DNA of 64,000 nt. It comes from Anaerohalosphaeraceae bacterium (GTDB lineage Bacteria > Planctomycetota > Phycisphaerae > Sedimentisphaerales > Anaerohalosphaeraceae). This document shows, piece by piece, positions 47,668 to 61,428 of the stretch. Position 1 is the stretch's first letter, and every line of letters begins with the position of its first letter. The position numbers were made by a program, and so were the translations under genes. The stretch is from NCBI GenBank assembly GCA_963675525.2, contig CAXXSL010000008.1, positions 1 to 64,000 of the forward strand. Direction: 5' to 3'. The notes under the pieces were generated by a model. It was not told the origin of the DNA, did no database searches, and was given only the letters and a program-made list of their open reading frames with translations.

Positions 47668-48729
47668 ATGAAACATCATATCCAACGTTCACAGATGCTT
47701 GCGGTAATCTTTTTGACCCATTTATCCATAAGTTTTCTATTTTTCATAACCGGGTGCAGTCAATCGGTCGCTGTCGATCCTGAAATGCTTGAATTACAGG
47801 GGCGTTTGCGAGTCCATGACCCCGTCATCATAAAAGAAGCGGACACCTACTACGTGTTTGCCACCGGCGGTCGTCCGGGGAGAGGTTTTATCCCTGTCAT
47901 GACCTCACCGGATATGATTCATTGGGAACCCGGCGGAAACGTTTTTGACGAACTTCCTGAGTGGGCCCCTATCGAAATTCCCGGCACGCGAGGTATCTGG
48001 GCACCGGATATTTCCTATTTCAACGGCCTCTATCATATCTATTATTCCATCTCCACATTTGGAAAAAATAATTCAGCTATCGGCCTGGCTACGAATAAAA
48101 CCCTCAACCCGGAAAGTCCTGATTACGAATGGATCGATCACGGCATGGTTGTGCGATCCACAAGCGGCATCGATGACTTCAACGCGATTGATGCTAATAT
48201 TGCCATTGAGGACAAAAACAACATCTGGTTGTCGTGGGGAAGTTTCTGGGGCGGCATCAAAATGCGAAAAATTGATCCCGAAACAGGCATGCCTTCAACG
48301 GAAGACACGACAGTATACTCGCTGTGCAGTCGGCCCCGACACGGCGAACAACAGACGCCGCCGCTGCAGGGTGCGGTTGAGGCCCCGTTTATCATCAAGC
48401 ACGGGAAATACTGGTATCTATTCGCTTCATTCGACCTGTGCTGCCGGGGCGCCGACAGCACGTATAATATCGTCGTCGGACGGGCCAAGAAAATTACCGG
48501 CCCGTATGTGGATAAAGACGGCAAGTCGATGCTCGAAGGCGGCGGCAGTGTTGTGATCGAAGCAACCACGCCCAACTGGCGCGGGCCGGGTCATTGTGCG
48601 GTTTTCAGCGAAAAGGGGACCGACTACCTGGTCTTTCACGCCTATCACGGCGAGACCGGACGATCGGAACTGAAAATCTCCACACTTGCCTGGGAAAAAG
48701 GCTGGCCGATGGCGGCGGAGTTGCCTTAA
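47668..48729 (+). CDS. GH43 arabinan endo-1,5-alpha-L-arabinosidase, lipoprotein
   Basis: Lipobox ITGC; VHDP, WAPD, NAID, GSFWGGI, EAPFI and GPGH. Confidence 0.88.
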   Translation: MKHHIQRSQMLAVIFLTHLSISFLFFITGCSQSVAVDPEMLELQGRLRVHDPVIIKEADTYYVFATGGRPGRGFIPVMTSPDMIHWEPGGNVFDELPEWAPIEIPGTRGIWAPDISYFNGLYHIYYSISTFGKNNSAIGLATNKTLNPESPDYEWIDHGMVVRSTSGIDDFNAIDANIAIEDKNNIWLSWGSFWGGIKMRKIDPETGMPSTEDTTVYSLCSRPRHGEQQTPPLQGAVEAPFIIKHGKYWYLFASFDLCCRGADSTYNIVVGRAKKITGPYVDKDGKSMLEGGGSVVIEATTPNWRGPGHCAVFSEKGTDYLVFHAYHGETGRSELKISTLAWEKGWPMAAELP

Positions 48730-48790
48730 CGCATCCAAAAGCCTTAATGTCCAAGAATAACTTCTATCCATATAAATAAAATAATAGCGC

Positions 48791-48827
48791 AAAAGGAAAG
48801 GCCGGGCTGCTTTCGCAGACCGGCCTT
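48791..48827 (-). terminator. rRNA operon terminator (possibly bidirectional)
   Basis: aaggccgg-g-ctgc-tttc-gcag-a-ccggcctt hairpin followed by TCCTTTT on the minus strand. Confidence 0.75.
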
Positions 48828-48832
48828 AATAA

Positions 48833-48940
48833 ACCTGGCGATCACCTACTTTCGCCTTTCGACTATCATCGGCCGAGCAGGCTTAGCTTCTGAGTTCGGA
48901 ATGGGATCAGGCGTTTCCCTACTCGTAAAGTCACCAGGAA
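48833..48940 (-). rRNA. rrf: 5S rRNA (short, ~108 nt)
   Basis: CCUGGUGAC...GAUCCCAUUCCGAACUCAGAAGCUAAGC...GAUGAUAGU...GAAAGUAGGUGAUCGCCAGG. Confidence 0.95.
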
Positions 48941-49071
48941 ACTTATGATCGGCTGACCCGAAGACCAGCCGAAAATCTCTTAATATGTCAAACAAGCACA
49001 GTGGATATTGAATGATGGCGTCTTTCAACGCAACCCGTTGCGAATCCATATCTTTCAACCTACGATTGATA

Positions 49072-51984
<2,913 letters not shown>

Positions 51985-52172
51985 ATATCAATCTTAGATT
52001 GAAAGGGTTTGGTTCGCCTAACAAGCATTACATTTGCTCATTAATTGTTCAGGTTGGTTGTTACACGCTCATTCCAGAATAATAAGTATATTATTCTGTC
52101 TGTATATTGTAGTTTTGGTGTGTATTAAATACACGACCCAATTTTTGTTATACAGAAATATCCACTATGTAC

Positions 52173-52185
52173 TTGTCAAAGAGCT
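52173..52185 (-). promoter_or_regulatory. Spacer boxA antiterminator
   Basis: AGCTCTTTGACAA. Confidence 0.65.
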
Positions 52186-52257
52186 TTATATATGACACCG
52201 GCCGCTAAACCGGATATCAGCATTATTATATCTCTATTATTATGGTTGAGAGTAAAA

Positions 52258-52330
52258 TGGAGACGATGAGATTCGAACTCACGACCCCCGCCTTGCAAGG
52301 GCGGTGCTCTCCCAGCTGAGCTACGTCCCC
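52258..52330 (-). tRNA. tRNA-Ala(TGC)
   Basis: GGGGACGTAGCTCAGCTGGGAGAGCACCGCCCTTGCAAGGCGGGGGTCGTGAGTTCGAATCTCATCGTCTCCA; CCA not encoded. Confidence 0.97.
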
Positions 52331-52358
52331 GAGTCCATTATTCTTCGGTTTATAGAAA

Positions 52359-52432
<74 letters not shown>

Positions 52433-52516
52433 GACCTGTTCGGCCCACCTGCCCCGGAGATTTCTATCCCCTGCCCAGATCGGCACTTGAGACTCAACCA
52501 TTGTTTTTACTTTTCA

Positions 52517-52525
52517 TAAAGAGCA
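52517..52525 (-). promoter_or_regulatory. Leader boxA
   Basis: TGCTCTTTA, exact consensus. Confidence 0.7.
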
Positions 52526-52577
52526 ATAAAAAATGCCGCTGCTCAAGTTTGTCAGCGACACTGCTGAAAGATTCGAG

Positions 52578-52606
52578 ATGTTAATCTCAACTTACTGAGC
52601 AGTCAA
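52578..52606 (-). promoter_or_regulatory. rrn promoter P2
   Basis: TTGACT-N17-TAACAT with an upstream A/T-tract UP element. Confidence 0.75.
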
Positions 52607-52715
52607 GTACAAAAATAAGTTTTTTGTATTTTTTTGTTCAAAACGTCCGGTTTTCGATGCCTTCTTTTTTTACCGCTTCAACAGACGCCCTGCTCACCCA
52701 TACTCCAGAATCTAC

Positions 52716-52743
52716 AGTCTACCCAAAAAAGGGTTCTCGTCAA
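52716..52743 (-). promoter_or_regulatory. rrn promoter P1
   Basis: TTGACG-N16-TAGACT with upstream A/T tracts. Confidence 0.65.
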
Positions 52744-53126
52744 CAGCATTTTACAAAAAAACAACAAAAAATTACGTTTTTGTTATCCGTTTGACCTCAC
52801 TGGGGTTACGAACTGTTTTTTGGGCCGATAACAGCCTGTTCCGATTCCTGATGTCACCTTTTTTGCTGTCATTCACTGTTTTTCAGACCAGCTGTATCAA
52901 TAGTAAAATAACAACAATGCCCTATTTCAAACGCCTTGGCCGCAAAATCGTTGCAATTTAATCCCAATTTTTCTTGCGGAACGTCCTGTAAACCCCTTTG
53001 GAATTAGCTTAAAAAGGAAGAAGCTTCTGAAAAACATATGCGTTCACGATGTAGTACAGACCAACGACAGGCTCAAACAGCCTGATGAACGGTTTTTCCA
53101 TGAATTGCTAAGATCGAGGCCTTACA

Positions 53127-54290
53127 TTATTTAAAAACGGAAAGATCCCATTCGTCGGCCCATTTGACAATGATCTTACCGTCTTTGAATGTCACCGGCA
53201 GCCAGATATAATGCCCATCAACGGGATTACGCGGCGTCCAGACATCAAACATGGCAATAAACGCGCCCTCTTTGCCCTCTACAGGCAAAATAAACGTACT
53301 TTGAGCACCAAACGTCAAATCAGGCCCCATTTGATTGCGGGGATTGATCCCGCGGCAAGGATTATCAAGCGGTTTCCATGGGCCGAAGATATTATCCGCC
53401 ACAGCCGAACGGGCGGCATTCGGAGCCCAACCCGTACATCCCGAGGTGATCATATAATACTTGTCCTCATATTTACATATCGCGGGGGCTTCATTATGCC
53501 CGCCAGGCAAAACCCGCGAAAACTTTCCGGTGAAACCGAGATAATCATCCGTCAACTCTGAGATATGGAGGGTAAAGTTTTCTTCGGATGCATGGATATG
53601 GTACGCCTTGCCGTCATCATCAACAAAAAGGCCCATATCACGGGCCATTTGCCCTTCTTCCATGTCCCTCGCAAAATAATCCACACCTATCGGCATCACA
53701 AGTTCAGAAATTCCATGAACGGGCTCAACACCGGCATTCGGTCGGTAAGAACGCAGGTATTCATATGGTCCGATCGGACTGTCGCTAACGGCAACACCCG
53801 TGCGGGCGGCGCGGTAACCCTGTCGCCGCAATTCAAGATGGAACCACATGACGAATTTGCCTGTTTTAGCATTATAGATGACCTTGGGGCGTTCAATAAC
53901 ACATCCTCTGACGATCTCGCTTTCCGGATCTTCGGAGACGCCCAGCGCAATGCCTTCATCTTTCCAGTTGTACAGATCCGTAGAACTGTAGCAGTGAACA
54001 CCGACCTGGGCCGAGTTGCCTCGCCGGCCGGTGGTCTTATGCTCACCAAACCAATAATAGACCCCCTCGTGGAACAGCACTCCCCCGCCATGCGCATTGA
54101 TATGGACACCGTTATTGTCAGGCCAAAAAGGATTGCCCGGCTCAAAATACTTCAGCGGTTTCAATTCATCCGCCCCGACAGCAACCGGTTGGGATACTTC
54201 GCTTTCGGCTGCGCGCAAAGTGCCGGTATACGCGATCACAACAAATAACAAAAATTTCACTATTCGTATCATCTTATTTCTTTGTGTCAA
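53127..54290 (-). CDS. Secreted GH43 (subfamily 24-like) glycosidase
   Basis: HINAHGGG, YYWFGE, ERPKVIYN, MARDM, NEAPA and SGCTGWAPN; signal peptide. Confidence 0.88.
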   Translation of the reverse strand: MTQRNKMIRIVKFLLFVVIAYTGTLRAAESEVSQPVAVGADELKPLKYFEPGNPFWPDNNGVHINAHGGGVLFHEGVYYWFGEHKTTGRRGNSAQVGVHCYSSTDLYNWKDEGIALGVSEDPESEIVRGCVIERPKVIYNAKTGKFVMWFHLELRRQGYRAARTGVAVSDSPIGPYEYLRSYRPNAGVEPVHGISELVMPIGVDYFARDMEEGQMARDMGLFVDDDGKAYHIHASEENFTLHISELTDDYLGFTGKFSRVLPGGHNEAPAICKYEDKYYMITSGCTGWAPNAARSAVADNIFGPWKPLDNPCRGINPRNQMGPDLTFGAQSTFILPVEGKEGAFIAMFDVWTPRNPVDGHYIWLPVTFKDGKIIVKWADEWDLSVFK

Positions 54291-54312
54291 TTCTTTTATG
54301 GTCCATCAATAT

Positions 54313-56460
54313 TTATTGTGATTCGTCCGTCTTCGCATCATAAACGGATTCCATTTTTTCAATGTGCTCTTTCAGGGTTTCGTTGCCTTCGGGTTCATTG
54401 AGAAATTTACTTTGAGACCGTTCGTGGTCCGAAATCTTTTCCACATCCTCAACCGCCATCGCGACCTGTGGTGTCAGAAAAATCAACAATTCCGTTTTTT
54501 GATTGTCAACGACCGTTCGCTTAAACAGCCCGCCTAAAAGCGGCAAATCCCCTAATAGCGGCACTTTTTCGACGCTTTCCGTTTCTTCGTCCTGCATCAA
54601 ACCACCAATCACCACGGTCTTACCGTTCGGCACGGCCACGCGGCATTCCGCAGAACGGGTTGCGAAGATCGTTGCGTCCACGGATTCTGAGATTTGCACG
54701 GTATCGGCCAAGGCCGTTGTAATTTCAGGATTCACGTCCATGATCACCAGTCCGTCAATATTAATATTCGGCGTTACTTCCAGCGTAATACCGATGTTCT
54801 CATATTCGACGGTATTATTGACCGTTCCCTGGTCGGTTGTCTGGGAGTCAGTAATAAAGGGGTACCGCTGACCGACATTGATCGTCGCGGTCTGATTATT
54901 GCTGGTCATGATATACGGACGTGACAAGATATTCAACTGTCCTACCTCCTGCAGCGCTCGAAGCGTCACGGTTAAATCGCCTTCGATAATCTGTGAGGTA
55001 AGTCCCTCCGTTGGAAGCGGTGCATAATTGAATTCATTCAGAACTTTATCTCCGTTAGATTTTATATCTTCAAACTTCCATGAGACACCGATATCAGAAC
55101 CATCAGTTGTTGTCAACTCGGCGATCAGCACTTTAATGAGTACCTGCGGCGTCGGAATATCCAGTTCATCAATGATCTTTTTAATTTTTTCCCAGTTCTT
55201 CGAAGATGTCATCACGATCACGGCGTTTGTATCTTCGTCCGCCTCCATATAAACTTCATCCGAAACAGATCCTGAACTTGAATTATTATTACTGTTATTA
55301 TTCCCCTGCCTGCCGCCGCTGCTACCTCGGGTGTTTTGGTTATTGATATTCTGCAGTTCCTGAAACAGGTTGTTCAATTTTTCCATGATATTTGCGGCCT
55401 GCGCATATTTCAGTTTATACGTAAACAACTGGCGTTCTTCATCAGGATTGGCGTCCAGTTCCTTGACCACCTGCTCAATAACCACAAGAACATCCGCCGG
55501 GCCGCTGACCACAACTGCATTGGTCCTGTCATCCGAAGAAGCGATGACGGGAACATTCTGCGCGGCGCCGGAACCGCCGCCTTCCTGTTGATCCTGATTA
55601 TCTCTTCCCGGACCACCCCTTCTGCCCATCATCCGGATAAACGGATTTTGATTTTGATTATCACTCGAGCTGGTTTGCTGTTTAAAAACCTCGTTAATCA
55701 AATCGGCTGTTTGATCGGCATCGGCATATTTCAGCAAAAACACTTTCACATCGGCAACCGAAGACATCTGGGTATCAACCGATTTGATGATCTTGACCAA
55801 ACGTTTAATATTCGCTGTTGTATCGGTAATGATCAAACTGTTGCTGGCTTCGTTGGAAGTCAGCACCGCATAATCCGATATAAGCGGAACCAAATCCTCT
55901 CTGAGCCGGGTGGCATCGGCATATCGAACCGGAACAATATGCGTTACGACTTCATCACCTTCGGGAATCTTGTCAGGATCATTGCCAGAGGTAACCGGGA
56001 TATTCAGGTTCTTGGCTGAGCTAAGGGAAACCAGTTTCAAAGTCCGGCCGGTTCGGATAGCGGCATAGCCCTGCTCCTTAAGAACGGTTGTCAGCAATGC
56101 GACTACCTCGTCAATATTTAATGACTGCTTGCTGACCAGATTGACGCGGCCGGAGAGATAAGTGTCCGAAATAATAATCAGCCCTGCCTTTTCCGACAGG
56201 TAATCCAGCACATCGCTGACCAGCGCGTCCTGAAAATTCAGAATGATTTTAATGTCTTCAGGATTGACATTCTCAAACCTCTCATAATCCGGTTCCTCGT
56301 TATCCAATGCATTCGCATCAGCAACAATTGGCGGAGTAAGCGAATTCATCGATCCATTGGAGTCAGCGGATAAAACCTCATCCTCAACCGCATGTGTGAT
56401 TGCCGTCAATAACATCATGGTACATAGCAGTTTGACAAGGGAATGACTTTTATTAAACAT
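54313..56460 (-). CDS. gspD: Type II secretion secretin
   Basis: N0-N3 domains, QVLIKVLIAE, GITLEVTP, KVPLLGDLPLLGGLF and TELLIFLTP. Confidence 0.93.
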   Translation of the reverse strand: MFNKSHSLVKLLCTMMLLTAITHAVEDEVLSADSNGSMNSLTPPIVADANALDNEEPDYERFENVNPEDIKIILNFQDALVSDVLDYLSEKAGLIIISDTYLSGRVNLVSKQSLNIDEVVALLTTVLKEQGYAAIRTGRTLKLVSLSSAKNLNIPVTSGNDPDKIPEGDEVVTHIVPVRYADATRLREDLVPLISDYAVLTSNEASNSLIITDTTANIKRLVKIIKSVDTQMSSVADVKVFLLKYADADQTADLINEVFKQQTSSSDNQNQNPFIRMMGRRGGPGRDNQDQQEGGGSGAAQNVPVIASSDDRTNAVVVSGPADVLVVIEQVVKELDANPDEERQLFTYKLKYAQAANIMEKLNNLFQELQNINNQNTRGSSGGRQGNNNSNNNSSSGSVSDEVYMEADEDTNAVIVMTSSKNWEKIKKIIDELDIPTPQVLIKVLIAELTTTDGSDIGVSWKFEDIKSNGDKVLNEFNYAPLPTEGLTSQIIEGDLTVTLRALQEVGQLNILSRPYIMTSNNQTATINVGQRYPFITDSQTTDQGTVNNTVEYENIGITLEVTPNINIDGLVIMDVNPEITTALADTVQISESVDATIFATRSAECRVAVPNGKTVVIGGLMQDEETESVEKVPLLGDLPLLGGLFKRTVVDNQKTELLIFLTPQVAMAVEDVEKISDHERSQSKFLNEPEGNETLKEHIEKMESVYDAKTDESQ

Positions 56461-56485
56461 AATCGAGTTCCTTTAGGTTTTTACG

Positions 56486-57046
56486 TTAATTTCCAAGCTC
56501 GCTTTTTCTTCTTTCCATCAGCTTCTTCAAAATATCGTCTTCATCTCCGGCCGGCTTTTTCTCAGCCTGAACCTCCTCGGCCGGGGTGTCCGTTGTTTCC
56601 GTCTGGGACACTTCTGAGATAACGGTCGTCTCTTTCTTTCCGAATTCGGAACCGATCCTTATTTTCAGGGGCTGACCGTTTTTTTCAAAAATCACATAAT
56701 CGTATTTAATCTCCTTGATTTTGCCTTCCAGCAGATCCGTTCCGATCCGGGCCTTGATGGATTGGCCCGATACCTGCTCTTCGATAAAAGCTACCTTTTC
56801 CTGCCGTTCGGCGGCAATACCCCGCAACACATAGATCGACAAAACCTGTGTTGTCCGGACCCGCCCGGACCCGGCCTGCGTTTCCCTGGGAGGAAGCCGG
56901 TCTTTCGAAAAGATATTTCGTTCATAAATCACGTTATAAGCATCATAACTTTGGGCCCGCGGCTCGGTTTCGGCGGTAGAAACGGAAAACCCAACGCCAA
57001 TTGCCGTCATCACGCTCAACACCAATATCAACGTTATCATTTTCAT
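56486..57046 (-). CDS. T2SS accessory protein, GspC/PilP-like
   Basis: N-terminal TM, ERNIF, LRGI...VAFIE; position before the secretin. Confidence 0.55.
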   Translation of the reverse strand: MKMITLILVLSVMTAIGVGFSVSTAETEPRAQSYDAYNVIYERNIFSKDRLPPRETQAGSGRVRTTQVLSIYVLRGIAAERQEKVAFIEEQVSGQSIKARIGTDLLEGKIKEIKYDYVIFEKNGQPLKIRIGSEFGKKETTVISEVSQTETTDTPAEEVQAEKKPAGDEDDILKKLMERRKSELGN

Positions 57047-57047
57047 T

Positions 57048-57596
57048 TTACGATCCCTTTTTCGCTTCGGGTTGCTTTTGAGTGTACACGGTCGACAATT
57101 CGATCTGAACGGTCATGGTGTCTGCCTTTTCATTCTTAGATCCCAATTGATACGACTTGATCTTCAACGGAATCTGAGCCGTTTCCATCTCCCACAAAAA
57201 CCGGGTAACCGAGGCCATGCTGCCTGTTCCCGACAACACAAACTCAATTTCTCCGAGGTTGCCGTCACCTGACAATCGATCCGGCTGGATCGAACCCAAT
57301 TCCAAGCCTGAACGGCCGGAAGAATCTTCGATATACCGGTACACCATCGCTTCAGCCTTTTGAATATCCGTGTCCAGTCCATTGTCCTGCATTTGAGCCC
57401 ATCGCTGCTGCTGAAGTTTTTTTCGTTCCAGGATCATCAGGGACTGTTCCACCTCGGCTTCTAGCTGCTGCCGTGTTTGCCGGGCCTCGGTGCGTTTCAC
57501 AAGGATGGGCGTAAAAACATACTGATACAAAACCAGAAACACAACGGAACTGATCGCAAGAATCATTATTTTTCGTTCTCGAACTGTCAGCGCCAT
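57048..57596 (-). CDS. gspM: T2SS protein M / PilO-like
   Basis: LTVRER, TM, coiled coil and ferredoxin-like domain; operon position. Confidence 0.65.
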   Translation of the reverse strand: MALTVRERKIMILAISSVVFLVLYQYVFTPILVKRTEARQTRQQLEAEVEQSLMILERKKLQQQRWAQMQDNGLDTDIQKAEAMVYRYIEDSSGRSGLELGSIQPDRLSGDGNLGEIEFVLSGTGSMASVTRFLWEMETAQIPLKIKSYQLGSKNEKADTMTVQIELSTVYTQKQPEAKKGS

Positions 57597-57597
57597 C

Positions 57598-58974
57598 TTA
57601 TTGCTCCCCTCGACAATGGAAATTAATTGCAAACGTCATCACATCCGTATCCTTGCCCATTTTTCGTATATACAGAAGTTTGATATCCCTGAACAGGGGA
57701 TTTGATTTCAGTGCATCCACGACATCAAGAATGACATTTTCCGATGTTGCCCGCCCTGTAATAATCTGGTTAAATGATTCATCCACTCCTAAACTGGTCA
57801 GCCAGATATCGCTGCTTCGGGGAAACAACAGCGTTAACTGCCGCAGATTTTCGAGATGAACCGGCTCCGGCTGAAACCACTGGCGTGCATAAGCAACCTG
57901 ATCGATCATCGCTCGGGCTTCAGTAACATTTTGACTCATGGAATCCAACTGTTGCCGGTATTGCTTAATCGCATTAAGGTCAGAATGCCAGCGGTAAAAA
58001 TAAATACCCAGGACTAACACGACTAGAGCAGCGACCATTGCCATGCGATGCAGCCAAAGGCGGGGTATTTTAGATTTTTCTTCCTGATGATGACCATTCA
58101 GCAAATTGATCTGAACCGGCCTGGCTCTCATCGCATGCTCCGCCAACTGCGCCCCCAGGTCATAGAGCATGTTCGATGACGCCAACGCACCGGCCGCAGT
58201 GATCTCCTGTTGTTGGGGATGATCAAAAAACTTACTGAGTCTATCGCAAAATTCACGATCATTCGTCCAGCAATAAATATTCGGAGTTTCTGCTTTCGTC
58301 AAAAGTGAACTCAGACAGTGATTGACCTGCCGATATATTTTTCCAGCCAGATCAGAATTACCATGATCCGATTGTGTTTTCGATATATTCAGCATCCCCT
58401 TTAAGTCTTTGTTGTGGAAGATAAAAACCTCCACCGACTTCGGGTACTCAACGAGATGGCAGTCCCAATTTTCAGTGGTCTTAAAGTCATTTCCAAGCGA
58501 TGTGGCCGTCAGTTGAACGGGACTGATTTTCACGCTGTCAAGAAGCGATTTAATTTCACTGACCACCCTTTTTAATGTGACAAACGCCAGCGTTGTATCA
58601 CTGTTGAGACCCGCTCGCTTCCAATAATCAAATAGGATATCGGAAAAATCCATCTCCAGCTTATGTTCAAGATGGATCTTGATTGTTTCGTAAAGCATCT
58701 CGCGATCGGGCATCGGAGGAATCGTCAGTAAGGTTGACATAATATGTTTGGCTGAAATCCCCACGACCGCCCGTTTTCCCCTGAAGCCGTGCTCTTTCAA
58801 AAAAGCAGCGAAGTGCGGCTGTACGGAAGCCGCCTTTTCAACGGTAACACCCTCCGGCATCATAAACTCTGCACTCCGGCAGAGCCGGCATGAATCTCCC
58901 GAAGACTCAACCTGGCAAACGGCAATTGTCTGCTCATAGAAAACGATGCCAAGCATATTTCGATTCTGTTTCAT
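57598..58974 (-). CDS. gspL: T2SS protein L / PilM-PilN-like
   Basis: Cytoplasmic domain, INLL, TM and PilN-like C-terminus; operon position. Confidence 0.65.
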   Translation of the reverse strand: MKQNRNMLGIVFYEQTIAVCQVESSGDSCRLCRSAEFMMPEGVTVEKAASVQPHFAAFLKEHGFRGKRAVVGISAKHIMSTLLTIPPMPDREMLYETIKIHLEHKLEMDFSDILFDYWKRAGLNSDTTLAFVTLKRVVSEIKSLLDSVKISPVQLTATSLGNDFKTTENWDCHLVEYPKSVEVFIFHNKDLKGMLNISKTQSDHGNSDLAGKIYRQVNHCLSSLLTKAETPNIYCWTNDREFCDRLSKFFDHPQQQEITAAGALASSNMLYDLGAQLAEHAMRARPVQINLLNGHHQEEKSKIPRLWLHRMAMVAALVVLVLGIYFYRWHSDLNAIKQYRQQLDSMSQNVTEARAMIDQVAYARQWFQPEPVHLENLRQLTLLFPRSSDIWLTSLGVDESFNQIITGRATSENVILDVVDALKSNPLFRDIKLLYIRKMGKDTDVMTFAINFHCRGEQ

Positions 58975-58990
58975 GAACACTCTTTTCAAT

Positions 58991-60334
58991 TTAAAGTTCG
59001 ATTCCCTGCCGCAACGATTCCAGAATTTCCGGGTCCAAGGGCCAGCCCAATTGATGCAGTGATTGTTTATAAACCACGGTCGGCGTTCCCTGGGCGGTAT
59101 CAATCACCACGTAATAACGGCAAAAGGCCCTGCCGTCATCGCTGACGGCGATAATATCCGCCGAATACTGAGATGACCGTGTTGTGATAAAACGACCGAT
59201 CGCCAGGGCTTTTTCCTCGCCCAGCACACGGGTCACCCACAAAATACTGTCAAGCGATTCGCTGGCTCCATCACGCTCACGGATCAATGCGTCCACATCA
59301 CTTTGCTCCAGGCCCGGCAGGCACAACAGGACTTCCTCAGGGGCGGCGTTCACATTAATCCGGCCCGTCGTCATTTCTTCCCCATCAACCGTCAAACGAT
59401 CGATGATCTTGGCAAAGTCACCATACTCCATCTTTGTAACATAATAAAACTGGATCAGATTTTCATACCGAATCGGTGCCGTTGGGATATTAGACAATAT
59501 CTGCAGTGCCTTGTTTTCACCAAACGTTTCTTCAAGAAGCTGGGCAAGCTGACCGCGATTTTGCACACGGCTGACATTAATGCGTTGCCGGCCCTGGCCG
59601 TCTGTATTCATTTCATAGCTGTGAATCGTCACATAGTTGAAAAAACCCGGGTCCAGCCGGCCGTTGCTGTTATCCGAAGGCAGCGATTTCTGCCCGTCAT
59701 TTTCATTCCAATCCAGCATTCCGTTTCGGTTCGTATCTTCCCCGTAAAGCAGTTCCAGTCGGCCGCCTTTAACCAGTAAAACCTCCTCTACGGTTTCCAA
59801 TAGAGCGTTTTTGCATTGATACGGTTCGGATAAAAGTAAATAATACTCCCCTTCGGCACCGCCGGCAGACACATCCTGGTCTTCATCTTTCCAATCCATA
59901 ATAGAATTGGCCAATTCGGAAGTCATCCCCGGCAGTTTCAACATCGTTTCCAAAGAGACCTCGTTCAGGTTTATTTTTCCTGCCTCATCAACCAAGCCAA
60001 ACGAATAGTCACGGCTTTCAGAGAGATTGGGACGCAATATCCAAAAGTAGCCTTCGCCCACATGCATCGCCTCATAGGGATTGGCCCCATAACTAACCGT
60101 CGAATCATCTTCGCTTCCCAATTTGGCAAATGCATAATGAATAGCGCCATTGGCAACCGCTTCTGCTTTGACCTGTGCTATATGGTTAGAGGACGCCATC
60201 GCCTCCACACGGACACCATGCGCAAGAACAATAACCAGACTGGCCAGAACCAGCGTGATCCAGATCACCACGATTAACACCGTTCCGCCGGAATGCCGGG
60301 GCATAATATTCGGTTTTTTCTTGTGGTTACCCAT
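58991..60334 (-). CDS. gspK: T2SS minor pseudopilin K
   Basis: GTVLIVVIW, DEAGKINLN, IMDWKD and RINVN. Confidence 0.88.
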   Translation of the reverse strand: MGNHKKKPNIMPRHSGGTVLIVVIWITLVLASLVIVLAHGVRVEAMASSNHIAQVKAEAVANGAIHYAFAKLGSEDDSTVSYGANPYEAMHVGEGYFWILRPNLSESRDYSFGLVDEAGKINLNEVSLETMLKLPGMTSELANSIMDWKDEDQDVSAGGAEGEYYLLLSEPYQCKNALLETVEEVLLVKGGRLELLYGEDTNRNGMLDWNENDGQKSLPSDNSNGRLDPGFFNYVTIHSYEMNTDGQGRQRINVSRVQNRGQLAQLLEETFGENKALQILSNIPTAPIRYENLIQFYYVTKMEYGDFAKIIDRLTVDGEEMTTGRINVNAAPEEVLLCLPGLEQSDVDALIRERDGASESLDSILWVTRVLGEEKALAIGRFITTRSSQYSADIIAVSDDGRAFCRYYVVIDTAQGTPTVVYKQSLHQLGWPLDPEILESLRQGIEL

Positions 60335-61046
60335 TTTGTTGTAAACCTGCTCCGCCGCCTTCCTGAGCTTCCTGGTTGGCAAACGGAAGCATGAAAATCC
60401 GTTTAAAATTCCTGTAACCGTCATCATCAGCCTGAGGCGATCTGTTTTTTTCTTCCTCGAAAATGGTCAGTGTCACCTGAACTCCCCACGGCAGGGTTTG
60501 ATCATTGCTGCTCGAATCCCAGTTCTCCAGCCACGAACTCCCGTCAAAATATTGAATGTCAAAACCGGCAAGTCCCCTGCAAATAACTTCTTCTTCAGGC
60601 TCGACTGTACTGGGAGATAATAAATTTTTTGTCATCAGACGCTTCAGCACAACTTGTCCACGCTCGGCGTCCTGCTCCAGAACATAGGCGATATTGACCA
60701 CGTTGCTGGCAGTCTCATCCTCCTCATCCGGATAATAGCCGCAACTGTAAAAACTCAGCATATCCGCATCCTGCCGATCGCGCCATGAAACATCTTCACC
60801 GACAAACACACCGGCTAAAATACCATCGGGCTTCAGGGCATTCGACAAATCCTTTCGGATGAACTCAAAAGCAGGCAGCACCGTCTGATAAGGTTTGAGC
60901 GTCCGCCGGGTGATGGTTTTGGTCCTGAAACCAATGTACATACTCGAATATAACGTCAGCGCAATGATATCCATCAATGCGATCGCAATGAGTAATTCCA
61001 AAAGGGTAAAACCCTTTGAACTTTTTTTTGTCCGGTTATTGTGCAT
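60327..61046 (-). CDS. gspJ: T2SS minor pseudopilin J
   Basis: GFTLLELLIA; C-terminal WD...LPWGVQVTL. Confidence 0.85.
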   Translation of the reverse strand: MHNNRTKKSSKGFTLLELLIAIALMDIIALTLYSSMYIGFRTKTITRRTLKPYQTVLPAFEFIRKDLSNALKPDGILAGVFVGEDVSWRDRQDADMLSFYSCGYYPDEEDETASNVVNIAYVLEQDAERGQVVLKRLMTKNLLSPSTVEPEEEVICRGLAGFDIQYFDGSSWLENWDSSSNDQTLPWGVQVTLTIFEEEKNRSPQADDDGYRNFKRIFMLPFANQEAQEGGGAGLQQNG

Positions 61047-61428
61047 TGTAAACCAGCGTTGATAATGTAATTTCCTTGTAACGTCCCCGCTGTTCCCAAA
61101 AAACGGTCACATCCACTTGTTTTAAGCCCGATTCCGTCCAGTTCGCAGCATCCATCGTCCATTCATAGTCCTCGTTATCCTCAAAAACACCCGACTTGGT
61201 GCCGTCCTTCCAGTCCTCCTGCAAAAGAATTTCGGCCAGTTTTGCCTCCGCCTGGTCAAGCGCTTCATATTTTCTGGCTGTTTCTGAGGTAACGATCGTT
61301 ACCAGCGACAACCCCTTCATCACCGCCGGCAGCACTAACGCGATCAGCACCAGCGCCGCGAGGATCTCCATCAGCGTAAATCCGGCAGACCCTGCCATAC
61401 GGCTATTATTTATATTGTCTTTGGCCAT
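61036..61428 (-). CDS. gspI: T2SS minor pseudopilin I
   Basis: GFTLMEILAAL; start uncertain. Confidence 0.8.
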   Translation of the reverse strand: MAKDNINNSRMAGSAGFTLMEILAALVLIALVLPAVMKGLSLVTIVTSETARKYEALDQAEAKLAEILLQEDWKDGTKSGVFEDNEDYEWTMDAANWTESGLKQVDVTVFWEQRGRYKEITLSTLVYNAQ